Below are positions 52,407-62,416 of a stretch of 64,000 bases of DNA, piece by piece. Both the position numbers and the translations under genes were made by a program. How positions within the stretch are numbered: position 1 is the first letter of the stretch; each line of letters begins with the position of its first letter. Source of the stretch: Dehalococcoidia bacterium (GTDB lineage Bacteria; Chloroflexota; Dehalococcoidia; SM23-28-2; RBG-16-64-32). The notes below the pieces were generated by a model, which saw only the letters and a list, made by a program, of their open reading frames with translations, searched no databases and was not told the DNA's origin. The stretch lies in assembly GCA_963665775.2 (NCBI GenBank), contig CAXXTF010000001.1, positions 192,001 through 256,000 of the forward strand. The letters are read 5' to 3'.

Positions 52407-53498
52407 CTAGGCGCCGTCATGGGCGGGGAAGGGCGCCCCGCAGAACCCCTCATAATCGATCAGCTTATCTATAGTAGGATCGTCGCCACACAGCGGGCAC
52501 TTGGGATCCCGCCGCAGATTCACCACTCGAAACTCCATAGTCAGCGCGTCGAACAGGAGTAGGCGGCCGGCCAGGGAGTCGCCGATGTCCAGGATCAGCT
52601 TCAGCACCTCGATGGCCTGAACGGAGCCGATGACGCCGGTGAGGGCCCCTAGGACACCGGCCTCAGCGCAGCTGGGCACCAGCCCCGGCGGCGGCGGGGA
52701 GGGAAACAGACAGCGATAGCAGCCCGTTTCGGGCGTGTACACCATCGCCTGTCCATCGAAGAGCAGGATGCTGCCGTCCACCAACGGCTTACCGGCTAGG
52801 TAAGAGGCATCGTTCACCAGGTAGCGGGTCGTGAAGTTATCGGCACCATTCACTATGATGTCGTACTGGGGAATGATCTCCATGGCATTGTCGGAGGTCA
52901 GAGGGGTGTTATGGACCACCACGTTCACCTCCGGGTTGTAGGCGTTGAGGGTGTCCTTGGCCGACTCGGTCTTAAGGCGCCCCACATCGCTATTCCGGTG
53001 GAGGAGCTGGCGCTGCAGGTTGGACAGGTCTACTACGTCGAAGTCCACGACGCCGATAGTGCCCACGCCGGCGAGGGCCACGTAGAGCGCCACCGGCCCA
53101 CCCAGGCCGCCGGCCCCCACGACCAGTACCTTGGCGGCCATCAACTTCCGCTGGCCCACCGGACCCACCTGAGGCATGATGATATGCCTGGAGTACCGCT
53201 CCACTTGCTCGGGTGTCAGCACCTGCCCCCCGGCTATCGCCGGGATCACGGCCAGCTCGTCCCCATCCTTGACCGGGGTCTGCTTACCCTGTAGGGAATG
53301 CACCTCCTGCTTGTTCAAATAGATGCTGATGTGCGCGGGGATCTCTTCCATCTCGTCGTAAACCATGTTCCGCAGGGGCGGATACTGGCTCGCCAGACTC
53401 TCCAGCACCTCGGCCACGGTTCCTCCCTCGGCCCGAACGTATACCTGGTTTCCGGCGAAGCGCCGGAACGGCGTCGGAATATACACCATGATCGACAT
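52407..53498 (-). CDS. moeB: MoaD-MoeB fusion (sulfur carrier plus adenylyltransferase)
   Basis: N-terminal ubiquitin-like domain ending IAGG, then RYSRH, GAGGLG, SNLQRQ and CYRC motifs. Confidence 0.9.
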   Translation of the reverse strand: MSIMVYIPTPFRRFAGNQVYVRAEGGTVAEVLESLASQYPPLRNMVYDEMEEIPAHISIYLNKQEVHSLQGKQTPVKDGDELAVIPAIAGGQVLTPEQVERYSRHIIMPQVGPVGQRKLMAAKVLVVGAGGLGGPVALYVALAGVGTIGVVDFDVVDLSNLQRQLLHRNSDVGRLKTESAKDTLNAYNPEVNVVVHNTPLTSDNAMEIIPQYDIIVNGADNFTTRYLVNDASYLAGKPLVDGSILLFDGQAMVYTPETGCYRCLFPSPPPPGLVPSCAEAGVLGALTGVIGSVQAIEVLKLILDIGDSLAGRLLLFDALTMEFRVVNLRRDPKCPLCGDDPTIDKLIDYEGFCGAPFPAHDGA

Positions 53499-53522
53499 GC
53501 CGCCACTCCTCTCAGCCAAAAT

Positions 53523-54446
53523 CTACGCCTCCATTGTCAGATAGCGTTCGCCTGTGTCAGGCAGCATGGTGACTATCCGCTTCCCCTCGCCCAGCTTCTT
53601 GGCCACCTTAAGTGCGGCGAAGACGTTGGCCCCAGCGGATATCCCCGCCAGCAACCCTTCCTCCCGCGTAAGCCGCCTGGCCATCTCTATCGCTTCCTCA
53701 TCACGCACGGATATGATCTCATCTAGGAGCTCCTGGTTGAGGATGCTCGGGACGAAGCTGGCACCGATGCCCTGGATGGCGTGCACCCCAGCCCGTCCCC
53801 CCTGAAGCACGGGCGACTTGGCAGGCTCTACCGCGACGATACGAACGTCCGCGTTCAGCTGCTTCAACACCTCGCCCACGCCGGTGATGGTGCCGCCGGT
53901 GCCGACCCCGGCCACGAAGGCGTCCACCTTACCCCCGGTGGCCTTCACGATCTCCTGGGCCGTGGTGCGGCGGTGGATCTCCGGGTTGGCCGGATTCTCG
54001 AACTGCTGCGGCATGAAGTAACTTGAGTCGCCATTGACAAGCTCCTGGGCGGCGTAGACGGCACCCGTCATGCCCTCGATTGCAGGGGTCAGTATCACCT
54101 CGACGCCGTAGCGGCTCAGCAGGTCCCGCCGGGCCAGGCTCATGTCCTCCGGCATGGTCACGATAAGGCGATACCCCTTTACGGCGGCCACCATCGCCAG
54201 GCCGATCCCCGTGTTGCCGCTGGTGGGCTCCACGATGGTATCGCCCGGATTGAGGCGGCCTTCCTTCTCGGCCGTCTCAATCATGCTCAGCGCTATGCGA
54301 TCCTTAACGCTGCCGGCCGGATTGAACGACTCCACCTTCGCCACCACCTCAGCCCATCCGGGCTGCACCACGCGGCTCAGCCGGACCATAGGCGTGTCGC
54401 CCACCAGATTCAGCACTGAGTTCGCGATCTTCTCATCTTTGGGCAT
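53523..54446 (-). CDS. cysK: Cysteine synthase A
   Basis: [17 protein letters not shown] and DTGERYL motifs. Confidence 0.93.
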   Translation of the reverse strand: MPKDEKIANSVLNLVGDTPMVRLSRVVQPGWAEVVAKVESFNPAGSVKDRIALSMIETAEKEGRLNPGDTIVEPTSGNTGIGLAMVAAVKGYRLIVTMPEDMSLARRDLLSRYGVEVILTPAIEGMTGAVYAAQELVNGDSSYFMPQQFENPANPEIHRRTTAQEIVKATGGKVDAFVAGVGTGGTITGVGEVLKQLNADVRIVAVEPAKSPVLQGGRAGVHAIQGIGASFVPSILNQELLDEIISVRDEEAIEMARRLTREEGLLAGISAGANVFAALKVAKKLGEGKRIVTMLPDTGERYLTMEA

Positions 54447-54454
54447 CGTTTCCC

Positions 54455-54898
54455 CTAGATTACGTAGCGGCTGCCCCGAGACTCTAGCGCCCGGTCCCGC
54501 TCCGCCATCTCACCGATGGTGGCGCTGTCCAGCACCTTCAGAATAGCCGCCTGGACATCCTTCCACATCTCCCTCTGGGCACAACCGCCGCGTCTTGAAC
54601 AAACGCTGGCATCATCCAGACATTCGACGGGCATAATAGAGCCCTCCAGCGCCATGATCACCTCACTGGCTCGCAGCCCCTGCGGGTCGCGCACCAGGGC
54701 GTGGCCGCCCTGAGGACCGCGCACGCTGCGGATGAAGCCGGCCCGGCGCAGGTTCGTGAGCAGCTGCTCAAGATACGACTCCGGGATGTTCTGGCAGCTG
54801 GCGATCTCGCTGCTCTGTATCGGCCGCACCTCCCCAAAGTGATGCGCCAGCTCGATGAGAGCACGAATACCGTAGTCACCTTTGGTAGAGATTCTCAT
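54455..54898 (-). CDS. Rrf2 family regulator (CymR/IscR-like)
   Basis: MRISTKG-x-YG, YLEQ and SVRGPQGG motifs; three Cys in the C-terminal half. Confidence 0.92.
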   Translation of the reverse strand: MRISTKGDYGIRALIELAHHFGEVRPIQSSEIASCQNIPESYLEQLLTNLRRAGFIRSVRGPQGGHALVRDPQGLRASEVIMALEGSIMPVECLDDASVCSRRGGCAQREMWKDVQAAILKVLDSATIGEMAERDRALESRGSRYVI

Positions 54899-54974
54899 GG
54901 CGAGATGAACCCGGGACGAAAGTAGAGTAAACCCATCAACAATGCTAGCATAGGCCCCTCTGTCCGTCTACACG

Positions 54975-56054
54975 TCACCATAAAAGTAGCGCCCCCGGCA
55001 CCAAGAAGATGGCCCCCAGGAACAGCGCGAACCCCCGCCGACTATGCGTCACGCGGGTGGCCACGGCCAGCATCGCTCGGGAGTACGGACGATAGGCCAG
55101 GAGGAGCACGGCCAGGGAGACGCCGAGACCGACGGCCACCTGGGTAAAGACGATGGTAAAGGCCCGAGGATCGTCCAGCAGTAGCGCCGCCACCATGGTA
55201 TCCACCCAGGTGGCGATGTTAGCACCCATAACGTAGGGGATGATTCCGTCTCGCCGTATGTACCCCTTGAGGGATAGGGGGATCAGCAGCGTCAGGGAGA
55301 TGGAGACCGAGAGGGTCATAGCGGTGACGAGGGCGCCCAACAGGAACATGGCCAGGGGATGGTGCACCAGCTCCTTGATGCGCTCCACCCGCAGGCTTGG
55401 CTGCTCAAGGTTGGGCAACGCCCGGTCGAACACGGTGAAGCTGGCTAGGAGCAGACCAACCCCCAGAGCGAATACGAGCAGCAACCGGTGAAGGTGGTCT
55501 ACAGCGAAGTCCACCACCGGGTCGTAGGCGACACCTACGAAGGAGGTGACGGCGCCCGGCGCGGACAGCTGGACGCCATCGAACCATCCAGAGCGCAGGA
55601 CCAGAATACCGATGGGTAGCACCGGCAGCCACAGGGTAAAGGCGGTGAGCACAGCCACCACACCGATGTACAGGCCGTCCGCCGTGTGGCGGTGCACCAC
55701 GTACAGCACGAATCCTATGAACAGGACGATAAAAGACGCGCCCAGACGGGAGCCGTTGATCATCGCGAATGCTTCGATGTCGGAGATCGTGCCCCCGACG
55801 AATAGGCTGAGGGCGATGGCGGCCACCGGCGATCCGCTCATGACGGCGTAGGCACCCGTCCAACCGAATCCCAGCAGGTTCAGTGTCCCGTCGGCGGAGA
55901 CAGCGCTGAGGACCGGCTTCACGCCGGCAGCGCTGCGCTTCAACAGCTCCAGGGCCAGCACGAACAGGAATAGACCGCTCAATGCGTACCCTATCCTGAT
56001 CGCCGGGGCGACCCACACCGTTCCCCACCCTAACGGCCGGAGAGCGGGCGCCAT
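54975..56054 (-). CDS. Na+/Pi-cotransporter-like membrane protein
   Basis: Two repeats (SGSP...GSRLG and SVS...MGANIAT) and about 9 TM segments. Confidence 0.6.
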   Translation of the reverse strand: MAPALRPLGWGTVWVAPAIRIGYALSGLFLFVLALELLKRSAAGVKPVLSAVSADGTLNLLGFGWTGAYAVMSGSPVAAIALSLFVGGTISDIEAFAMINGSRLGASFIVLFIGFVLYVVHRHTADGLYIGVVAVLTAFTLWLPVLPIGILVLRSGWFDGVQLSAPGAVTSFVGVAYDPVVDFAVDHLHRLLLVFALGVGLLLASFTVFDRALPNLEQPSLRVERIKELVHHPLAMFLLGALVTAMTLSVSISLTLLIPLSLKGYIRRDGIIPYVMGANIATWVDTMVAALLLDDPRAFTIVFTQVAVGLGVSLAVLLLAYRPYSRAMLAVATRVTHSRRGFALFLGAIFLVPGALLLW

Positions 56055-56139
56055 CTCCCCTGCGGCGCGCGCCAACGTCCCGCTGGCCACTTCGTCCGGC
56101 GATCCCGACTGAGGGTTTATCGCTTCTCTCGGCACTCCC

Positions 56140-57327
56140 TCAGACCGCATAGTGGGGGGTTGTTTTCTCCTGCGTCGCCGCGATGAGCACTTCGGCCACC
56201 TCTGGACGCGTAAACTCCAGCGGCGGCGTCAGCCCGCCCTGTAGCATCTCCCTCACCTGGGTACCGGAGAGGTTCAGCCGATCCTCCTGGTTGTGGGGGC
56301 AGGTCTTGGCGCTGGCCATCTCGCCGCACTTCTTGCAGAAGAAGGTGTGGTCGAAGAACATGGGCGTGATCCCCAGATCAGCCGATGTGAACTCATCGAA
56401 GATGCGCTGGGCGTCGTAGGTGCCGTAGTACTGGCCTACGCCGGCGTGGTCCCGCCCCACGATGAAGTGGGAGCAGCCGAAATTCTTCCGCACCAGCGCG
56501 TGGAATACCGCCTCCCGCGGACCGGCGTAGCGCATGGCGGCCGGGTTCACGGCCAGGACCACCCGATCGTGCGGGTAGTAGTTCTGGATGAGCACCTCAT
56601 AGCAGCGCATGCGTACCCCGGCGGGGATATCGCCGGCCTTCGTCTCTCCCACCAGGGGATGCAACAGCAGGCCGTCTACCATCTCCATGGCGCACTTCTG
56701 GATGTACTCGTGAGCCCGATGCACGGGGTTACGGGTCTGAAAGCCGACCACCGTCCGCCAGCCCCGCTCCAGGAATGCCGCCCGTGTGCGGGAGGGCGTC
56801 AACCGATACTCGAGGAAATCATCGTACCCGGGCAAGGCCAGAGCGCGCAGCCGCCCCCCCAGCAGGACGTCCCCCTGCGCATAGAGCGCCGCTACGCCTG
56901 GGTGCGCTTCCTCCTCCGTCCGATACACCTGGCTGGCCTCCCGGCGCTTGTCGTAGCCGAACTTCTGGGCCAACTCCAGCACGGCCATTACCATGCCCGT
57001 TTCGTCCGCCAGGGATATCTCCTGCCCCTCCCGCAGCCCTGAGGCCTCATCCTGAGATACCGCCAGGGTGATGGGCATGGGCCACACGAGCCCGGAGTCC
57101 AACCGCATCTCCGCCACCACACCGGTATAGTCGGCCTCCGTCATGAACCCGTCCAGGGGACTGTAGCCCCCTGTCACCAACAGCTCCACGTCCGATAGTG
57201 CCCGCGCCGACAGCCGGATGGCGGGAAGAGTGGCCGCCCGCTCCCGCAGAGCCTCTCTTTCCGGCTCAGCGACCAACAAATCCACCAGCTGCCCCCCGTG
57301 CGGCGGAACAGTCTCTTCCAGCGTCAT
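56140..57327 (-). CDS. sat: Sulfate adenylyltransferase
   Basis: [25 protein letters not shown] and VGRDHAG motifs. Confidence 0.97.
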   Translation of the reverse strand: MTLEETVPPHGGQLVDLLVAEPEREALRERAATLPAIRLSARALSDVELLVTGGYSPLDGFMTEADYTGVVAEMRLDSGLVWPMPITLAVSQDEASGLREGQEISLADETGMVMAVLELAQKFGYDKRREASQVYRTEEEAHPGVAALYAQGDVLLGGRLRALALPGYDDFLEYRLTPSRTRAAFLERGWRTVVGFQTRNPVHRAHEYIQKCAMEMVDGLLLHPLVGETKAGDIPAGVRMRCYEVLIQNYYPHDRVVLAVNPAAMRYAGPREAVFHALVRKNFGCSHFIVGRDHAGVGQYYGTYDAQRIFDEFTSADLGITPMFFDHTFFCKKCGEMASAKTCPHNQEDRLNLSGTQVREMLQGGLTPPLEFTRPEVAEVLIAATQEKTTPHYAV

Positions 57328-57358
57328 CCTCAATCTACCTCTTAAACTTGCCGTTTCT

Positions 57359-57396
57359 AATACAGGGCCACAGGCGGCGGCCCGTGGCCCTGTATT
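57359..57396. terminator. Strong intergenic hairpin between cysH and sat
   Basis: AATACAGGGCCAC / GTGGCCCTGTATT 13-bp perfect stem. Confidence 0.5.
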
Positions 57397-57424
57397 GGTT
57401 CTTTCGGTGACCGTCTACGGTCGC

Positions 57425-58150
57425 CTAGTGGTGCAGTCCACACTCCTTGCTATCAGGCAGCTCCCACCACCAACGACCGGCGCGAATATCCTCGCCCGGC
57501 TCAATGGCCCGCGTGCAGGGCGCGCAGCCGATGCTGGGGAAGCCCTGGTCGTGCAGGCGGTTGTAGGGGACATCGTTGGTCCGGATGTACTCCCACACCT
57601 GCTCGTTGCTCCAATCGACAAGCGGGTTCACCTTCGCCAGCCCGTTACCCTCGTCCCACTCCACTGCGCCCGTATCGCCGCGGGTGGCCGCCTGGTCTCG
57701 ACGCAGGCCGGTCATCCAGGCTTTGTGCCCGGACAAGGCGCGCCGCAGCGGCTCCACCTTGCGGACGGCGCAGCACTCACGACGATTCTCGACGCTCTCC
57801 CGGAAAGAGTAGAACCCCTTCTCCCGCTCCAGCTTCTCCACCGCCGCTCGCTCCGGGAACATGGACACCAGCTCGATCCCGTAGCGGGTGCGGACCCCCT
57901 CCATCACCTCGTACGTCTCGTCGTTCAGGCGGCCGGTGTCCAGGGTGAACGTCGATATCTGCGGCGCCACCTTGGCGATCATGTCGATGACCACCACATC
58001 CTCGGCACCGAAGCTGCTGGCGAACTTCATCTCCGACCCGAAGGTCTCGGCCGCCCAGCGGATGATCTCTTCCGGCGCCTTGCCAGCGAACCGCTCGTTT
58101 ATCGCCTTCAGCTGCCCCGCCGTATAGGCTGCTGTCTCAGCCTGAGTCAC
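57425..58150 (-). CDS. cysH: APS reductase (CysH family, 4Fe-4S type)
   Basis: CC...CxxC (ECCAVRK, GCAPCT) and ECGLH motifs. Confidence 0.93.
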   Translation of the reverse strand: MTQAETAAYTAGQLKAINERFAGKAPEEIIRWAAETFGSEMKFASSFGAEDVVVIDMIAKVAPQISTFTLDTGRLNDETYEVMEGVRTRYGIELVSMFPERAAVEKLEREKGFYSFRESVENRRECCAVRKVEPLRRALSGHKAWMTGLRRDQAATRGDTGAVEWDEGNGLAKVNPLVDWSNEQVWEYIRTNDVPYNRLHDQGFPSIGCAPCTRAIEPGEDIRAGRWWWELPDSKECGLHH

Positions 58151-58193
58151 TTCTGCCTACCTCCTGCTATTACTGGTCTCCAAAACACTCTAT

Positions 58194-60023
58194 CTATACC
58201 GAGCATTCACCCTCGCCGCGGACGACCTCGAACATCTCGTCCTTGCCCCAATCCATGTACACATCGATCTCCTCGTGGACGGGGCCAACATCCTTAAACT
58301 CGGTAAGCAGCGGATCGAAGCTCTTGGGCCCTACCCGATCCACGAAATCGAGGAAGGGCTCCCCATCCTGTCGCTCATCGAGGTAGACCTGAATGATCTT
58401 TCGCACCGCTTGGGGCGCCCTCTTGGCGGGCACCCGGGTGACTCTGGTGCCGAACTTGCCGCCACCGATGTAGTTGCCGCCGCCCAGGAAGATGTCGTAG
58501 CAAGGAATCTCCGCCAAACCCGACTTAACCGATGCCCCCTGCAGCCCGATGGCCGCCAGGTGGTGGTGGCCACAGCCGTTGGGGCAGCCGCTGACCTTGA
58601 TGGTGATCTCCTGCACCAGCGGATCGTCGATTCCCCAATCGAGGACCGCCTCTCGCAGGGCCTTGCCGATCCCCGGAGAGGAGGTGATGCCCATCTTGCA
58701 GGAGTCGGTGCCCGGGCAGGCCACGGTATCGGCGATGAGCCCGGCGTCCGGCGCTCCCAGCTCCAGGGCTCCGAGTTCGGCGTGCAGGGCTGGCAGGGCC
58801 TCCTCCCTCACCCAGCGCAGCACCAGGTTCTGGTTCGGCTGCGTGCGGGCGGTGCCGCCGGCGTAGCGTCGCATCAGGTCCCCCAGCCCACGGAACTGCT
58901 CCGGCGAGAGGTTGCCTTGGAGGACGGTGACGGTGACCGCCACGTAGCCCGGCTGCCGTTGGGACACCACGTTTGTGCGCTGCCACCGTTCGAACTCCGG
59001 CGATGGCGCGTGACCGTTCTTGGGCGGCTCGCCGACGGTGGGGCCCTCGGCGGAAAGCTGAGTCAGGGCCTCCATGTCCAGCGGCTCCCACGCCCACGGC
59101 GCATCCAGCTCCTCCTCCACCTGCCGCTTGAACTCCTCAACCCCGAGCTTCTTGACCAGGAACTTGACCCGCGCCTTGTTCAGGTTCTTGCGCAGGAGGT
59201 TGGGGAGACCGCCCTCCTTGTCGAACACCCGGAGCATCGCTTCCGCCACCCGGATGTACTGGCCCTTCTCCACGGGCACAAAGTCGTAGATCACGTCGGC
59301 CGCGCGGACCATAGTGGACGTGCCGCCGCCGCACCGGATCTCGAACCCGAGGATCTCCTGCCCGTCCTCCGACCGCTGAACCTTGGCTAGGAACCCCAGG
59401 TCGTGGAAGGGCGTTCCCGCGCAGTCGCTCGGGCAGGAGGAGAAAGCGGTCTTCCACTTCCGGGGCAGGTTCTGAGAGATGGGGCTCCGCATCACAGCGC
59501 GGGCGAAAGCCGCCGCGTATGGCGTCGCGTCGAACGTCTCATCGGGGCAGACGCCCGCGTAGGGGCATCCCGTAACGTTACGCACCGCATGGCCGCAGGC
59601 TTCACGAGTAGTGATACCGGCGTCCTGTAGCAGGCGCAGGACATCCGCGGCCTTATCCAGGTTCACGAAGTGGAACTGGATATTCTCGCGGGTGGTGATG
59701 TGGCCTCGGCGCATCCCCGTGTATTTCTCGGCGATCTCCGCCAGCACGTCCATCTGGTCGGCCGAGACGCCGCCGAAGGGCAGCTTCACCCGTATCATCT
59801 GCTGGTCGGCCTGCCGCTGGCCGTAGACGCCCTGCCGCAGCCGGAGGGGTGTGAACTCGTCTCCCAGCCCCTCTTCATCCTGTCGGAAGCGGCGGGCCTC
59901 CCGCGCGATGTTATCGATCTCCTCGTCTATGGTGACGAAGACGTGGCCCGGCTTAAGGTCAGCCGGCACCGCGGGATGACCTTTTCGATCCCCCCCATAA
60001 ATCCTTTCCTCAACCTGCATCAC
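58194..60023 (-). CDS. sir: Ferredoxin-dependent sulfite (nitrite/sulfite) reductase
   Basis: GVYGQRQ, TTRENIQ, LPRKWK, ACPG-x-x-x-C and SGCPNGC motifs. Confidence 0.92.
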   Translation of the reverse strand: MMQVEERIYGGDRKGHPAVPADLKPGHVFVTIDEEIDNIAREARRFRQDEEGLGDEFTPLRLRQGVYGQRQADQQMIRVKLPFGGVSADQMDVLAEIAEKYTGMRRGHITTRENIQFHFVNLDKAADVLRLLQDAGITTREACGHAVRNVTGCPYAGVCPDETFDATPYAAAFARAVMRSPISQNLPRKWKTAFSSCPSDCAGTPFHDLGFLAKVQRSEDGQEILGFEIRCGGGTSTMVRAADVIYDFVPVEKGQYIRVAEAMLRVFDKEGGLPNLLRKNLNKARVKFLVKKLGVEEFKRQVEEELDAPWAWEPLDMEALTQLSAEGPTVGEPPKNGHAPSPEFERWQRTNVVSQRQPGYVAVTVTVLQGNLSPEQFRGLGDLMRRYAGGTARTQPNQNLVLRWVREEALPALHAELGALELGAPDAGLIADTVACPGTDSCKMGITSSPGIGKALREAVLDWGIDDPLVQEITIKVSGCPNGCGHHHLAAIGLQGASVKSGLAEIPCYDIFLGGGNYIGGGKFGTRVTRVPAKRAPQAVRKIIQVYLDERQDGEPFLDFVDRVGPKSFDPLLTEFKDVGPVHEEIDVYMDWGKDEMFEVVRGEGECSV

Positions 60024-60213
60024 TTCCCCCGATCTAGACTTAGAGCGCCGCGTTCGACAAAGTCGAGTATGTCAATGTGATAAATCAACAATATATCTGA
60101 CGGCGGCACATGTCAAGCGTAATACCCAGACAGAAGAGGGAGGAAAGCCTACCCGTGAAGGAGGCCCGGCGGCGGCGGCCCGCACCAACGCTCCGGGCTG
60201 CTCCAGGGGCTCG

Positions 60214-60489
60214 CTAACCGCCCGCCACGGCGGGAACGATGCTAACCTCGTCACCGGAGCTCAGGGCCGTGTGCATCCCATCCTGGAAGCGCACGTCCTC
60301 CCCGTTCACGTATACGTTCAGGAACCGCCGCAGCTCCCCCGTCTCGTCCAGGAGCCGCTCCTTAAGCCCTGGGAACTGCTGATCCAGGGCCTCGATGCAG
60401 GCCCTGAGGGTGCCACCGTCGCTGGACACCACGTCTTGCTCGTCGGTCAGCTTGCGCAGGGGCGTCGGAATTCGCACAGTAACACTCAT
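60214..60489 (-). CDS. MoaD/ThiS-family sulfur carrier
   Basis: IPTPLR and NVYVNGEDVRF motifs; free C-terminal VAGG. Confidence 0.92.
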   Translation of the reverse strand: MSVTVRIPTPLRKLTDEQDVVSSDGGTLRACIEALDQQFPGLKERLLDETGELRRFLNVYVNGEDVRFQDGMHTALSSGDEVSIVPAVAGG

Positions 60490-60501
60490 TCTCAGTCTCC
60501 T

Positions 60502-60744
60502 CTACCCCTCCACGATGTCTCCGGGCACCGGGTCTACCCGCACCCCCTGCTCCTGCACCCAGCTAACCCCCTGCTCGATCTCAGCCATCTCCCCCTCCAG
60601 CTCCAGGACTACCCAGCCCCGATCTTCCGTCACCTCCGCGCGGCGGATATTGGTCACCAGGTTGAACTCCCGGCCCAATTTCCAGATCACCGGCACCTTG
60701 ATGAGCCCGGCCGGGAAGGTGAACTTCATTCGTTGCGTAGCCAT
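60502..60744 (-). CDS. NIL domain protein
   Basis: PVIW-x-L-x-x-EF-x-L-x-TNIRRA...GWVVLEL. Confidence 0.85.
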   Translation of the reverse strand: MATQRMKFTFPAGLIKVPVIWKLGREFNLVTNIRRAEVTEDRGWVVLELEGEMAEIEQGVSWVQEQGVRVDPVPGDIVEG

Positions 60745-60758
60745 CTCGTCCTCGATCT

Positions 60759-62015
60759 TTAGCCGTTTCGACTGGTTGGCAGCGCTCCCACGCGCTCCGT
60801 CAGCGCCTGCTCAAAGGAGGCCATGGTTGGCCTCACCGCGAGGGGCGGCTCTAAGTGCGGGGCCACCGCCTCCTGCGTCTTGAGACCGGCGCCAGTAATA
60901 AAGACTACCACCACCTCCTCAGGATCGATACGCCCCCCCTGGACTAATCTCCTGAGCCCGGCCACAACCACCCCTCCCGCCGTCTCCGCGAACACCCCCT
61001 CCGTCTCTGCCAGTAGCTTCATCCCCTCGATCACCTCATCATCGCTGACCGCGGCGACGGCGCCCCCGGTCTCCTGGAGAACCTTGAGGGCGTAGTAGCC
61101 ATCCGCCGGGTTGCCGATGGCCAGGGACTTGGCGATGGTGTTAGGCTTCTGAGGGCGTACGTCGAAGCTCTCCCGCTCCCAGGCCTCGGCGATGGGCGAG
61201 CAGCCCTGCGCCTGAGCCCCGCTCATACGGGTCTCCCGCCAGTCGATGAGCCCCAACCAGGCCAGCTCCTTGATCCCCTTATGGATCTTGGTGAAGAGCG
61301 ATCCGCTGGCCATGGGGACAAGGCAATGATCCGGGGCCCGCCAGCCCAGCTGCTCGCACACCTCGAAGGCCAGGGTCTTGCTCCCCTCCGCGTAGTAGGG
61401 GCGCACGTTGATGTTTACGAAGGCCCAGGGATACTTGTCCGACAGCTCGCTGCACAGCCGGTTAACCTCGTCATAGTTTCCGTCCACCGCCACCAGAGTC
61501 GGCCCGTAGACGGCCGAGCCCACCACCTTCCCCTGCTCCAGATCCGAGGGTATGAAGACGATGGCCTTCATGCCGGCTCGGGCGGCGTGAGCGGAGACGC
61601 TGTTGGCCAGATTCCCCGTCGAGGCGCAGGCCAGAGTGTCGAACTCGAACTCGCGCGCCACGCTACTGGCCACGGAGACCACCCGGTCTTTGAAGGACCA
61701 GGTGGGGTTCATACAGTCGTTCTTGATGTAGAGGTTGTCAAGCCCCAGCAGGCGCCCCAGGTTGTTGGCGCGCAGCAGCGGGGTGAACCCCGTGCCTATG
61801 TCCACCGCCGTCTCCGCCCGGCAGGGGAGAAGGTCGGCATAGCGCCAGATGGTGGGCGGCCCCCGCCTAATTCGTTCCCGGCTTAACGTCCGCCTCAGCG
61901 CCTCGTAGTCGTAGAAGACCTCCAGGGGCCCGAAACAGAACTCGCAAACGTGCGCCGGCTCCAGCGGGTATACCCGCCCGCATTCCTTACATGTTAGGTT
62001 CTTGGCAAAAGACAT
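60759..62015 (-). CDS. Threonine synthase-like PLP enzyme (possibly O-phosphohomoserine sulfhydrylase)
   Basis: N-terminal CxxC/CxxC, NPTWSFKDR, ASTGN and EGSKT motifs; SAM-I and sulfur-carrier context. Confidence 0.85.
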   Translation of the reverse strand: MSFAKNLTCKECGRVYPLEPAHVCEFCFGPLEVFYDYEALRRTLSRERIRRGPPTIWRYADLLPCRAETAVDIGTGFTPLLRANNLGRLLGLDNLYIKNDCMNPTWSFKDRVVSVASSVAREFEFDTLACASTGNLANSVSAHAARAGMKAIVFIPSDLEQGKVVGSAVYGPTLVAVDGNYDEVNRLCSELSDKYPWAFVNINVRPYYAEGSKTLAFEVCEQLGWRAPDHCLVPMASGSLFTKIHKGIKELAWLGLIDWRETRMSGAQAQGCSPIAEAWERESFDVRPQKPNTIAKSLAIGNPADGYYALKVLQETGGAVAAVSDDEVIEGMKLLAETEGVFAETAGGVVVAGLRRLVQGGRIDPEEVVVVFITGAGLKTQEAVAPHLEPPLAVRPTMASFEQALTERVGALPTSRNG

Positions 62016-62160
62016 GGCGGCGATCCTCCCTCACCACAACAGCCGACCCGCTAACACTGGCCTCCCCTCCCCGGCCGGGCCGGAGCGGAGGCCAGTGTCA
62101 TCGCCATCCGTGTGTCCATACCGAACTGATCCTCTCCTGAACCTTTCGATCCCACTAAGA

Positions 62161-62189
62161 AGACCTCTTCCAGCGATGAGAAGAGGTCT
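62161..62189 (-). terminator. Terminator hairpin of the SAM riboswitch expression platform
   Basis: AGACCTCTTC ... GAAGAGGTCT, followed by TCTT on the minus strand. Confidence 0.65.
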
Positions 62190-62197
62190 GTAACCTC

Positions 62198-62332
62198 CCC
62201 TTATCGATCCCGATCTGCTGATCGGGACGGCATTGGCACCGTGCTGGGGCGCGCCGCACTCTCGTCTTCAGCGCATCCACGGCTGGTTGCCGGGCTTCAT
62301 AGGGCCGTACCCTCCACCTGTCTGGATAAGAG
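62198..62332 (-). promoter_or_regulatory. SAM-I (S-box) riboswitch
   Basis: Minus strand CTTATCCAGA-CAGGTGGAGGG-TACGGCCC-TATGAAGCC-CGGCAACC...GGTGCCAATGCC...GATAAG. Confidence 0.93.
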
Positions 62333-62416
62333 GTCCTTTTATTCGGTTGTGTGATGGGATGCTAGCATAGATACAAAAACCGTGTCAACGCGACCCCAAC
62401 CGGGCTCGCCGCCCCT

